Source: an uncultured Muribaculaceae bacterium
Lineage (GTDB): Bacteria; Bacillota_I; Bacilli_A; RF39; UBA660
Assembly: GCA_964428195.1 (NCBI GenBank)
Contig: CAYRXC010000002.1
Location: forward strand, 1 to 59,708
DNA: 59,708 bases
Reading direction: 5' to 3'
In this document: piece after piece, positions 34,565 through 44,700 of the stretch
Position numbering within the stretch: the first letter of the stretch is position 1
Layout of the letters: each line of letters opens with the position of its first letter
The notes under the pieces: generated by a model
Databases searched by the model: none
Seen by the model: the letters and a program-made list of their open reading frames with translations, nothing else
What the model was told of the DNA's origin: nothing
Translations under genes and position numbers: made by a program

Positions 34565-36028
34565 ATGAATGAAGATGCTTTGAATATTCATCAAGATTAT
34601 TTAAAAAGAAGAATTGATGAAATAAGAAACAGATTAGGTGTGCTTGAAGAAAAGACAAGTAGTCTTATGTTGGATGAAAGAGGAGATGCAGTTGGAGAAC
34701 CAACTGAAAGCGAATACTATTCTTCTGCAAAAAAATCTTCTGATTTGTTTAATAAATATTTGTTGGAAAATCAAATTAAAGAGTTCACAACTGAAAACAA
34801 AAAGTTGGATGAAAGAAAGAGAATTGTAAGAAAGAACATATCCGAAGCAACCTCTTGTTTAAATGAAGATAAAAAGTATCTTGATTTAATCGATAGAGAA
34901 TTAAAGAGATTGGATATTGAATTTTTGAGTGCAAATGAGGAAAATTCTCCTGCTATAGTAGCAGAACTTGAAAAGTATAGAGCTGAAAAATCAAGTACAT
35001 TGAATAGAATTAACAAGTTTTATGCGGAAATTCAAACTTTTAATGAAGAAATTAGTGATATTGTTCATAACGAAAAAATGAACAAAGAATTATTGGCAAC
35101 TTTAAGAAGTGAGTTGTCACTTGTAAAAAATAGAAAAGAAAGCGAATATATCAACATTGATCAATATAAAAAAGATATAAAAGAACTAGAAGAATTAAGA
35201 AAAGTTCTTCCGGGATTAGAAATATTTTTAGCTCAATATATGGAATCTAATGTGGAAAAAATTGCAAAACAGTTGAATGAAAAAATGGAAAAAGTATCAG
35301 AACCAGCTAAAGAGGCGGCACCTTTATCAGTGCCAATCGCTCCTGTTGTGGAAACACCAGTAGTTGATTCAAGCCCAGTTTTAGATGGTGAGCCTGCAGG
35401 TGTTCCACCTATGCCTAATTCGGAAGCTATGCCTGCACCGGAAGTTCCAACTCCAACAGCAGAAGAACCAAAACCTACTGAGGACATGGATGGGTTTAAA
35501 CTTGACTTTTTAGAAAAATTTGGATATTTACCAGGAGAAGCTGAGTACAAGATGAATCCAAATTATAAAGACGGAGCACCATTAGTTGCAGCAGTTCCAG
35601 CAGCAGAAATGCCGCCTGTAACTCCACCTTCTACTCCAGCCCCAGCTCCAACAGCAGAGGAACCAAAACCTATTTGGCAAATGAACGGATTTCAACTTGA
35701 CTTTTTAGAAAAATTCGGATATTTACCGGGAGAAGCTGAGTACAAGATGAATCCAAATTACAAAGAAGGAGCACCATTAGTTTGTGGAGAAGAAGCTCAA
35801 GCATATAGAGATAACACTGCAGAAGTTGAAGCAAAGGAAAAAAGACAATTCATTCCCGATCGAGTTCGTAGAGTCGTTAAAACAATTAGACATCCAATTA
35901 AGTCTGTGAAAGCATGGGGAAAACAAAAGATTCAAGAAATAAAAGACAATCATCAAGAAAAGAAGAGTTTTAAAGCAAGAGAAAAAGAAAATCAAGCGAG
36001 ACTAGAAGCAAAAATGTCTATTAGATAA
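34565..36028 (+). CDS. Coiled-coil / proline-rich protein with duplicated GF(K/Q)LDFLEKFGYLPGEAEYKMNPNYK motif; unknown function
   Basis: RBS GGGAGG. About 240 aa of heptad-like charged helix are followed by a P/A/E/V-rich spacer, two near-identical 45-aa units and a basic tail. There is no TM and no signal peptide. Confidence 0.6.
   Translation: MNEDALNIHQDYLKRRIDEIRNRLGVLEEKTSSLMLDERGDAVGEPTESEYYSSAKKSSDLFNKYLLENQIKEFTTENKKLDERKRIVRKNISEATSCLNEDKKYLDLIDRELKRLDIEFLSANEENSPAIVAELEKYRAEKSSTLNRINKFYAEIQTFNEEISDIVHNEKMNKELLATLRSELSLVKNRKESEYINIDQYKKDIKELEELRKVLPGLEIFLAQYMESNVEKIAKQLNEKMEKVSEPAKEAAPLSVPIAPVVETPVVDSSPVLDGEPAGVPPMPNSEAMPAPEVPTPTAEEPKPTEDMDGFKLDFLEKFGYLPGEAEYKMNPNYKDGAPLVAAVPAAEMPPVTPPSTPAPAPTAEEPKPIWQMNGFQLDFLEKFGYLPGEAEYKMNPNYKEGAPLVCGEEAQAYRDNTAEVEAKEKRQFIPDRVRRVVKTIRHPIKSVKAWGKQKIQEIKDNHQEKKSFKAREKENQARLEAKMSIR
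35451..35782 (+). repeat. Tandem duplication, two 137-nt near-identical copies with a 195-nt period
   Basis: Copy 1 (35451-35587) and copy 2 (35646-35782) both run from CTCCAACAGCAGA(A/G)GAACCAAAACCT to GGAGCACCATTAGTT, with few substitutions. Confidence 0.85.
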
Positions 36029-36044
36029 AAGGGAGGAATAAATA

Positions 36045-36287
36045 ATGGTTAGTGAAGATCAAATAATTGAAATGGTTGATGGTACTACATATGGAGTAAT
36101 TGACAAAATTGAATACAATGGAGAAAACTTCCTATATATCGTACAATTGAACGAAGATGAGTCACCGACAGGAGAGTACGATATAGTAAAAGAGACAATC
36201 GAAGAAGGCGTTCCCATTATGGACTATATAGAAGATGAAGATTTATATGAAAACCTTAAATTAGCGTTCTTAAGTAGAAACGAATAA
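36045..36287 (+). CDS. Small acidic protein, DUF1292-like
   Basis: 80 aa. The pattern (D...Y.V.D.IE..GE.FLYIV.L.ED....EYDIVKE..EE...) resembles the DUF1292/UPF0473 family. Confidence 0.45.
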   Translation: MVSEDQIIEMVDGTTYGVIDKIEYNGENFLYIVQLNEDESPTGEYDIVKETIEEGVPIMDYIEDEDLYENLKLAFLSRNE

Positions 36288-36317
36288 ACTCTAGTAATTA
36301 GAGTTTTTCTTTTTTTC
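36286..36317 (+). terminator. Rho-independent terminator
   Basis: AAACTCTA-GTAAT-TAGAGTTT followed by TTCTTTTTTT. Confidence 0.65.
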
Positions 36318-36362
36318 AAGGAAATATTTGATTAGCGTTTAATATATCTTATGGGAGATAAT

Positions 36363-38174
36363 ATGACAATACTTGATATAAAAAATGTTAATAAAAAATA
36401 CGACATAGAAGTATTAAAAAATATTTCTTGTTCTTTTTCAAGAGGAGAAATCGTATCAATAATGGGAGAGAGCGGAAGCGGAAAGAGTACATTGTTAAAT
36501 ATTATGGGAGGAATTGATAGATCTTATGGTGGAGATGTATATTATGATAATGCCATTTTAAAGAACAAAGAAGAAAACTATATAAAAAATAAGGTTGGTA
36601 TTATATTCCAAAATTTTAATTTAATTCCATATTTAAATTTGATTGACAATGTTTTAATTTCAAAACTATTTAGTGTAAGTAAAAAAAGAGAAAGTAAAGA
36701 AAAAGCAAAAAAAATATTGATTGATTTGGGATTGGAAAAGCAAATGTATAAATATCCAAGTCAAGTCTCTGGTGGTGAAAAACAGAGGGTTGCTATAGCG
36801 CGAGCTCTTTTTAAAGATCCAGATATTATTTTTTGTGATGAGCCAACTGGTGCTCTAGATTCAAAAAACACAAGAGAAATCTTAGATATATTTACAAGAA
36901 TTGCAAAGAGTGGAAAAACAGTAATAATTGCTACTCATTCCGAGGAAGTTTCGAAATCAAGTCATAGAGTCTTAAAAATTAGAGATGGGGAACTATTGAG
37001 AGAAGAAACTATTAATGATTTCATCGAATATTGCACAGAACAAAAAGATAGTAGCACTTCTTGCAGATTTAATTATATTAAAGGAATAATTTTGTCTATT
37101 AAAGGCTTGAAGAAAAAGAAAATTAAAACTATTATGGTTTCAATTGGTACTTCAATAGGAATTACTGGTTTAATCTTGGTATTATCTATATCGGGAGGAA
37201 TGAAAAAATATATAAATGAAATTATAAATGATAGCAAAAATCAAAACATTATCGATGTTTATAAAGAAAAACAAGAAAACAAACAATCAAATTTGGTTTT
37301 TGAAAACAGTGATATTGAAAAAATAAATAAGCTTAATTATGTAGAAAGCATTCAGAAAGGCTATGCTAACAAGGAATACTACAAAATGGTTATAGGCAAC
37401 AAAGAAGTTATCATTGAAAATATATTGACTTATTCTGAGCAATTAGTTAAAAAGTTGATATTATCTGGAGCATTTCCAAAAGAAAATGAAATTTTGATAA
37501 ACAATTCTTTATATAATAAAATCGATTCAAAAACAAATGGAATAGAATATGAAGGAAAAGTCTACTCCATTTCTGGTGTATATGAAGACGGATTTGTTGA
37601 AAACTCAATATATTTTAATTATGATGATTTAAAGAATCACATAGGAGAAAAAACAAATGTATTATTTATAAAAACAAAACAAAGAGATAAATTAAAAATA
37701 TCATTAGAAAAAGAAGGATATTATTTTTCTTACATAGAAGAATCTCTTAAAACTTTTAATGATACTTTTAATATAGTAATATTTGTATTAACAATAGGAT
37801 CCGTCATTTCATTAATAGTGTCTTCTGTAATGATTATGGTTGTCTTGTATATAGGAGTTATTGAAAGGACAAGGGAAATAGGAATCTTTAGATCTTTAGG
37901 TTATAAGGGAAAAGATATAAAAATATTATTTAGGTCTGAGGCCTTAATATATGGACTAGTATCATCTATTATTTCACTAATATTTTCAATTCCAATACTC
38001 AAAGTTGTAGATTCTATAATGAAAGATAATTATCAAATATATATGTCGAGTATAAATCTTTCGTATTTGATTATGTCTGTAATATTGTGTTTTTCTCTTT
38101 GTTTGTTTGCAAGTTCTTATCCGGCAAAAAAAGCCTCTAAAATAAATATCATTGATGCTTTAAGATATGAATAA
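36363..38174 (+). CDS. Fused ABC ATPase / FtsX-family permease (MacB-like)
   Basis: The N-terminal half has GESGSGKSTL, VSGGEKQRVAIARAL and IIFCDEPTGALD. The C-terminal half has one TM, a large extracytoplasmic domain and three TMs with FRSLGYKGKDI (FtsX fold). Confidence 0.8.
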   Translation: MTILDIKNVNKKYDIEVLKNISCSFSRGEIVSIMGESGSGKSTLLNIMGGIDRSYGGDVYYDNAILKNKEENYIKNKVGIIFQNFNLIPYLNLIDNVLISKLFSVSKKRESKEKAKKILIDLGLEKQMYKYPSQVSGGEKQRVAIARALFKDPDIIFCDEPTGALDSKNTREILDIFTRIAKSGKTVIIATHSEEVSKSSHRVLKIRDGELLREETINDFIEYCTEQKDSSTSCRFNYIKGIILSIKGLKKKKIKTIMVSIGTSIGITGLILVLSISGGMKKYINEIINDSKNQNIIDVYKEKQENKQSNLVFENSDIEKINKLNYVESIQKGYANKEYYKMVIGNKEVIIENILTYSEQLVKKLILSGAFPKENEILINNSLYNKIDSKTNGIEYEGKVYSISGVYEDGFVENSIYFNYDDLKNHIGEKTNVLFIKTKQRDKLKISLEKEGYYFSYIEESLKTFNDTFNIVIFVLTIGSVISLIVSSVMIMVVLYIGVIERTREIGIFRSLGYKGKDIKILFRSEALIYGLVSSIISLIFSIPILKVVDSIMKDNYQIYMSSINLSYLIMSVILCFSLCLFASSYPAKKASKINIIDALRYE

Positions 38175-38178
38175 TATT

Positions 38179-38187
38179 TGATATAAT
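38179..38187 (+). promoter_or_regulatory. Extended -10 promoter element (TGaTATAAT) upstream of tex
   Basis: Lies 20 nt upstream of the ATG at 38207. Confidence 0.4.
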
Positions 38188-38206
38188 AGATAATACTGGA
38201 GTGAAT

Positions 38207-40327
38207 ATGAATGAAGAAGTAATTAATCAAATGAGAGACGTATTAGGAATAACATCGAAACAAATAGAAACGGTTCTTAAATTGTTGGGAGATGGGAATA
38301 CTATACCTTTTATAGCAAGATATAGAAAAGAAATGACTAATAATTTAGATGAAGAACAAATTAAAAGTATAGGTGAAGTTTATGAATATCAAGTAAATTT
38401 AACCAATAAGAAAGAAAATGTTATTAAACTAATTGATGAAAAAGGCATGTTGACTGATGAGATAAAAAACAATATAATGAAATGCAAAAAATTAGTGGAG
38501 ATAGAAGACATTTATAGACCTTACAAAGAAAAGAAAAAGACAAAAGCAACTGAGGCTATAAAAAAAGGTTTAGAACCCCTTGCAAAAAGTATGATGGAAT
38601 TTCCTTTCGAGCTTCCAAGTATTTTGTCATATATAAATGATGAAGTTAAAACTGAGGAAGATGCAATTAAAGGAGCAAAAGATATAATTGCTGAATGGAT
38701 AAGCGACAACCCTAATTATAGAAATTGGATTAGAAAATATATATTTAGAGAAGGAATCATAACTTCAAAAAGTAAGAAAAAAAATAATGATGAAGAGAAA
38801 ATTTATGAAATGTATTATGATTATAAAGAAAGTTTAAGAACCATTAAGGCACATAGAATTCTTGCACTAAATAGAGGAGAAAACGAGAAAATATTAATTG
38901 TAAACATAGAAATAAATAAAAGCGCTATTATTGATTATTTATCAAATGCGACAATAACGAATACAAATTCAAAGTGTGTGAAGTATGTTGTTGAGGCGAT
39001 AGAAGATAGCTATAAAAGATTAATCTTTCCAAGTATAGAAAGAGAGATAAGAAGTGAACTAACTGATGAGGCAAACGAACAAGCAATAAAAATATTTTCT
39101 AACAACTTGGAAAAATTATTATTGCAACCTCCTTTAAAGGGAAAGGTTATATTGGGACTTGACCCAGCATTTAGAACTGGATGTAAACTTGCAGTAGTAG
39201 ATGAAACAGGAAAGTTTTTGGAAAAAAGTGTTATTTATCCTCATGAGCCAATTAATGACATTAAATCTTCGAATGAAGAAATTGGAAGATTGATTGAAAA
39301 GCATAATGTTGAAATTATTGCTATTGGCAACGGAACGGCTTCAAGGGAGTCTGAAAAGTTTGTTTCTAACCATATAAATGAATACAAAAGAGACACAAAA
39401 TATGTAATAGTAAGTGAGGCGGGAGCATCGGTTTATTCTGCAAGCAAAATAGCGATAGATGAATTCCCCAATTTACATGTTGAAGAAAGAAGTGCTATTA
39501 GTATAGCAAGAAGATTACAAGATCCTCTATCTGAATTGGTTAAGGTAGAACCAAAAAGTATTGGGGTTGGACAATATCAACATGATGTTCCACAAAAAAG
39601 ATTGGATGAATCATTAAACTTCGTAGTAAGCAAAGCGGTTAATTTGGTTGGAATAAACGTGAATACTGCAAGCCAATCATTATTAAAATATGTTTCTGGT
39701 TTAAATAAAACAAACATAGATTCAATAATTAAATATAGAAATAATAAAGGCAAAATTGGTTCTAGAGATGAACTTAAAAAAATATTAAATGAGAAGGCTT
39801 TCGAGCAATCGATTGGCTTTATTAGAATAATGGATGGTAATAACCCATTGGATAAGACAAGTATTCATCCTGAAAGTTATGAGATAGTAGAAGAAATATT
39901 AAATAAAATAAAATTGACTAAAAATGAAATAGGAAGTGAAATATTAAAAGAAAAATTAGATAATGTTGGCAAAGATGGTATATGTACTGATGAATATACT
40001 TTTAATGACATAATTTCTTCTTTGAAACAACCCTTGAGGGATCTAAGAGATGATTTTAGTATGCCATTATTGAAAAGCAATATTTTAACAATTCAAGATT
40101 TAACATTGGGAATGAAACTTCAAGGAACTGTAAGAAACGTTGTGGATTTTGGTGTATTTATCGATATTGGATTAAAGAATGATGGACTAGCACACATATC
40201 AAAGCTTAGCAATAAATATATTAAACATCCTAGTGATTTATTCTCTGTTGGAGATATAGTAGATTGCTATGTTGATGAAATATTAATTGAAAAAAACAAA
40301 GTTAGCTTATCTTTGATAGAAAACTAG
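38207..40327 (+). CDS. tex: Transcription accessory protein Tex (S1 RNA-binding domain protein)
   Basis: N-terminal block TIPFIARYRKEMT, YqgF-like core (ILGLDPAFRTGCKLAVVDETGK; IAIGNGTASRES), HhH region and C-terminal S1 (GTVRNVVDFGVFIDIG...GLAHISKL). Confidence 0.9.
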   Translation: MNEEVINQMRDVLGITSKQIETVLKLLGDGNTIPFIARYRKEMTNNLDEEQIKSIGEVYEYQVNLTNKKENVIKLIDEKGMLTDEIKNNIMKCKKLVEIEDIYRPYKEKKKTKATEAIKKGLEPLAKSMMEFPFELPSILSYINDEVKTEEDAIKGAKDIIAEWISDNPNYRNWIRKYIFREGIITSKSKKKNNDEEKIYEMYYDYKESLRTIKAHRILALNRGENEKILIVNIEINKSAIIDYLSNATITNTNSKCVKYVVEAIEDSYKRLIFPSIEREIRSELTDEANEQAIKIFSNNLEKLLLQPPLKGKVILGLDPAFRTGCKLAVVDETGKFLEKSVIYPHEPINDIKSSNEEIGRLIEKHNVEIIAIGNGTASRESEKFVSNHINEYKRDTKYVIVSEAGASVYSASKIAIDEFPNLHVEERSAISIARRLQDPLSELVKVEPKSIGVGQYQHDVPQKRLDESLNFVVSKAVNLVGINVNTASQSLLKYVSGLNKTNIDSIIKYRNNKGKIGSRDELKKILNEKAFEQSIGFIRIMDGNNPLDKTSIHPESYEIVEEILNKIKLTKNEIGSEILKEKLDNVGKDGICTDEYTFNDIISSLKQPLRDLRDDFSMPLLKSNILTIQDLTLGMKLQGTVRNVVDFGVFIDIGLKNDGLAHISKLSNKYIKHPSDLFSVGDIVDCYVDEILIEKNKVSLSLIEN

Positions 40328-40339
40328 TTTTTCTTTTCT

Positions 40340-40413
40340 GCCGAATTAGTTTAATGGTAAAACAAGTGAATCGTAATCATTTGATGCGAGTTCGATTCTT
40401 GCATTCGGCACCA
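40340..40413 (+). tRNA. tRNA-Thr (anticodon CGU), 74 nt with encoded CCA
   Basis: A manual cloverleaf fits: acceptor GCCGAAT/ATTCGGC; D stem GTTT/AAAC; anticodon stem AGTGA/TCATT with loop A-T-CGT-A-A (anticodon 40372-40374); T arm GCGAG-TTCGATT-CTTGC; discriminator A followed by CCA. Confidence 0.8.
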
Positions 40414-40446
40414 ATTTTTAAAAATAATACAAATAATAGTTTTTTT

Positions 40447-40455
40447 TGATATAAT
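40447..40455 (+). promoter_or_regulatory. Extended -10 promoter element (TGaTATAAT)
   Basis: Lies 31 nt upstream of the 40486 ATG. The RBS is AGGAGG. Confidence 0.4.
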
Positions 40456-40485
40456 ATATAACATAGAGTAATAGGAGGTGAATTT

Positions 40486-41691
40486 ATGAATCCAATAGTT
40501 GCGAATGATGAAATGCTTACTATTAAAGAGAGCATTGATAAAGTTCACCAAGAATTAACTAATAAGATGAATGAGATTAATACCAACTTTGACACAGTGG
40601 CATCAAGTTGGAGTAGCTCAAAATCTAAAGTAGTGTTATTGCCTATTGAAGATATAAAAAAGGAAAACACTAGAATACTAGAAAAAATAAAAGAAAAGTC
40701 AGATCAAATAAAAAGTGCGTATGATACCTATCTTAAGGCTCAAGATACTACTATAGTTCAAGTTATAGCATCCCCAAAAGAAGCTGAAAGCGTAGTTCCT
40801 GAGCAAACAGTAGTTCAAAATCCTAATTTAACAAACGAAGAAAAACTACAAGATTTGAAAGCAAGCGGAGAGACAATAGTACCTAGTTTTGAGATGTTGG
40901 AATTTGTTAGAAATAAAGATGGATCTTTTAAAAGACATGGCAACACGGACCTATATCCTGCAAAGATTACTGTCGATGGAAAAACGATTACTTATTTATT
41001 GTATTTAGGAGGAAGAGCTCCGGATGAGCAAATTCCAAAAGATCTTCCAGTATTGATGGCCCTTCATGGAAGTGGAGAAACAAGATCAAATTACAGTTCG
41101 AATTATAGTTCTTCTGAAGCAAGCAGGTCAATAAAAAATACCTTTGGCGGAAACTTTGGAGATCCAAATAATAAAAAAGAAGTAATTGCAATTCTTCCAC
41201 AATTTAGTAAAGGAACATATTATAGAGAAGATACAATGAATGTACTTCATACCCTTTATACAAGAGTAAAAGAATCATATGGGACAAGAGCTGGTTTAGA
41301 TATAAGCGGGTTAAGTATGGGAGGACAGTCGACAATCAAGTATGCGTCAATGTATCCTCAAGATATTTCTACTGCTACAGTTATTGCTGCTGGACCACCA
41401 GAAGGGAATTTTTTACGTTTAGATGAACAGTCCTACGAAAATTTAAAAAAAGTAAAAATGGTTTTTGTTTGTGGCGACCAAGATTCCAAACAATATTCGA
41501 GATCTCTTAATTTGTTGGGGACATTAACTGGAAACTCCACTACAACATATACTATAAACAAAGGAGATCCAATAGATCCGATTTTGAATTCACATTATAA
41601 TAACGGTGGTATTGTTCATATTACTGTTTCTGGAGCGGGACATAACACATGGGATTTGGCATCTCCAGCTGTGGTTTCTAAATACAACTAA
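40486..41691 (+). CDS. Candidate T7SS substrate: N-terminal WXG100/LXG-like helical hairpin fused to an alpha/beta-hydrolase (esterase/lipase-type) domain
   Basis: The N-terminal ~90 aa form a helix-turn-helix with a central SSWSSS turn. The C-terminal domain has LPVLMALHGSGE, the nucleophile elbow GLSMGG, VCGDQDS and GAGHNTW (Ser-Asp-His). There is no signal peptide. It lies directly upstream of essC. Confidence 0.55.
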   Translation: MNPIVANDEMLTIKESIDKVHQELTNKMNEINTNFDTVASSWSSSKSKVVLLPIEDIKKENTRILEKIKEKSDQIKSAYDTYLKAQDTTIVQVIASPKEAESVVPEQTVVQNPNLTNEEKLQDLKASGETIVPSFEMLEFVRNKDGSFKRHGNTDLYPAKITVDGKTITYLLYLGGRAPDEQIPKDLPVLMALHGSGETRSNYSSNYSSSEASRSIKNTFGGNFGDPNNKKEVIAILPQFSKGTYYREDTMNVLHTLYTRVKESYGTRAGLDISGLSMGGQSTIKYASMYPQDISTATVIAAGPPEGNFLRLDEQSYENLKKVKMVFVCGDQDSKQYSRSLNLLGTLTGNSTTTYTINKGDPIDPILNSHYNNGGIVHITVSGAGHNTWDLASPAVVSKYN

Positions 41692-41718
41692 AATTAATTG
41701 CATATGTTTATAAAAGAA

Positions 41719-41727
41719 TGATATAAT
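41719..41727 (+). promoter_or_regulatory. Extended -10 promoter element (TGaTATAAT) upstream of essC
   Basis: Lies 39 nt upstream of the GTG start at 41766. Confidence 0.4.
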
Positions 41728-41765
41728 TAAATAGAATAAAAGGGTTGTTTAAGGATGTGATATAA

Positions 41766-44700
41766 GTGCAATTATTATTGATAAAAAAGGATAAAATAGA
41801 TACTATTAAATTGCCCTCGAATATTTTCGGAAGTTATTGGATTGTTGACAGAATAAGTTCTAAAAAAGGGAACAATCTTATTAACGTATTTGAAGAAAAC
41901 GGAAGATGGAAAATAGTAAGCAATACAGATACAAAAATAATAGAAAGTAGCGGAAACGTAGTAGATTTTGCTTTTTTAACTGAGTATAGTTTTTATTACA
42001 TTCAAACAAAAGAAAAAACAATTTATATATTATATTCTTGTCCTGTTTATGACAAAAGTACTATTAGATTGACTTTTAATAATTTGACTGAGATTAACAT
42101 TGGAAATGAGATGACCAATGAAATTGTTTATAATTTGCAAGTTGTGGGTAAAAAAAACACAAGACTTGTATTTAAGGACAACGTTTGGAAGGTTTATGAT
42201 TTAGAAAGTAAATTTGGAACATACTTGAACAATTTATCAATTAGAGAAGCAACACTTAACAATGGAGACACAATATTTATTATGGGTTTAAAAATTATAT
42301 TATTGGGGAACAGCTTGTTAATAAATAATCCGTTTAATTCTGTATCATATAATCAAAATATTTTTTCTTTGTCAAATCAAGAAGAAGATGACTACATTGA
42401 AACCGAAGATGATGATAACCTAATTGAGTTGTATAAGGAAGAAGACTATTTTTTAAGATCTCCAAGATTTAAAACAATGATTGAAAAAGAAGTTTTGATA
42501 ATAGATCCTCCTCCAACAAAAGAAAACGCCGAGGAAATGCCAATAATGTATGTAATTGGTCCTATGCTATCGATGAGTATGATGTCATTAATGACTGTTT
42601 TTACTTCATTGAATAGATACTTATCTGGAGAAGCTGAGTTTAAAACGGTATTGCCTTCGTTAATCGTTGCTTTTGCAATGATGTTGAGTATGATATTATG
42701 GCCATTGTTAAATAAAAGATATCAAAAAAAGAAAAAACAAGAATATGAAAAAGATAGGCAAAAAAAGTACGGCGGATATATAGATTCAAGAAGAGAACAA
42801 TTAGAAATTATATCTAAAAAGCAAAAGATGATATTAATAGATAATTATTTGCCTTCTGCTGCTTGTGAAAACATTATTCTAAGCAAAAATAGACAATTAT
42901 GGGAAAGAAAAATAGATCAACCCGATTTCTTAGCTACAAGACTTGGAATAGGAAATACTCCTTTAGAAATTGATATTAGATATCCTGAAACACATTTTTC
43001 AATGGATGAGGATAATTTAAAGGATGAATTGAATAGAATGGTTAATGTTTCAAAAGAACTTAAAGATGTTCCGATAAGTATATCTTTTGTTGAAAAAAAC
43101 TATTCTGCAATAATTGGAAAAAGACACATAACAAACCATTTTATGAAGGAAATTCTATTACAATTTGTGAGTTTTCATAGTTATGAAGATTTAAAGTTAG
43201 TATTTTTATTAGATGAAGATTACGAAGAAGAATGGGAGTATGTAAAAACTATACCTCATATTTGGTCTGACGACAAAACAATTAGATATTTTGCAGTTGA
43301 TTATGAAGAAATGAAAGAACTATCTTCTTTAATGGAAAGTGACTTGCAAAATAGACTAACTTCTGAAGGTTCTTCATCAAGAGACTATAAATCTTTTTAC
43401 CCATATTATGTAATAATAACAAATAATTACAAGGTAACAAAAAACATTAAAATATTATCAGATGTATTGAAACAAAAAACAAATTATGGTTATAGTGTCA
43501 TTGTTATAAATGAAACACTATCTAATCTACCAAATGAGTGTACTACTTTTATTAGTATTGATAGCAATAAGGGAGGAGTTTTCGAAAGCGAATTAATTTC
43601 TACAAATCAGAAAGAATTCTTTCTAGACAAATCACCACTTGCAAATTTAAAGAGTAGCTTTTTTGTGGCAGCAAATACGCCAATAAAGCTTTCTAAAGAA
43701 ATGTACTCACTACCTAAAGTTTTTACTTTTTTAGAAATGTTTGAAGTTGGAAAGGTTGAGCAATTAAACTCTTTATATAGATGGAAGACAAACAACTCAA
43801 TTTTATCACTTCAAACTCCTATAGGAATCGATAGCCATGGAATGATTTCAAGGCTTGATGTTCATGAAAAAGCACATGGTCCGCATGGTCTTATTGCTGG
43901 TATGACTGGTTCTGGGAAAAGTGAATTGATAATTTCATACATAGTATCTCTTGCGGTTAACTATCACCCAGATGATGTATCGTTTGTTTTAATAGATTAT
44001 AAAGGTGGATTTTTGGTTGGAGCTTTACAAAATAATGAAACTGGAATTAAACTTCCACACCTAGCAGGTTCTATAACAAACTTGGACACTATTGAAATGA
44101 AAAGATCTTTGCTATCTATTCAAAGTGAACTAAAAAGAAGACAAAGACTATTTAATGAAGTTAGAGAAGAATTGAACGAAAGTACAATGGACATATATAA
44201 ATATCAAAAACTATATCACGAAGGGTTAATTAAGGAACCTATTCCTCACTTGTTAATTATATCTGATGAGTTTGCTGAGTTAAAAACTCAACAATCTGAG
44301 TTCATGGAGCAATTGATTAGCACGGCCCGTATTGGTAGAAGTTTAGGAGTTCACTTAATATTAGCTACACAAAAACCTTCGGGTGTCGTAAACGATCAAA
44401 TTTGGAGTAATAGTAGATTTAAGATATGTTTAAAGGTTCAAGAAAAGTCTGATAGTATGGATGTAATTAAATCTCCAGATGCTGCAAGTTTAACTCATGT
44501 TGGAAGGTATTATTTACAAGTTGGATATAATGAATATTTCTCGATGGGACAGTCAGCGTGGACAGGGGCACAATACATTCCGTCTGATAAAATAATAAAA
44601 GAAGTCGACACTTCTGTTGATTTTGTAAATAACATTGGAATTATAGTAAAAGAAGTAGAAGAACAAAAGAAAAATCAAAAATCTTCTGAGGGAGAACAAT

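Noticed and set aside
34638-34829. Alternative-frame + strand ORFs inside real genes (34638-34829, 63 aa; 53506-53727, 73 aa).
   Set aside because: They are embedded out of frame in longer ORFs with RBSs and coherent domain structure, and have no independent start signals.
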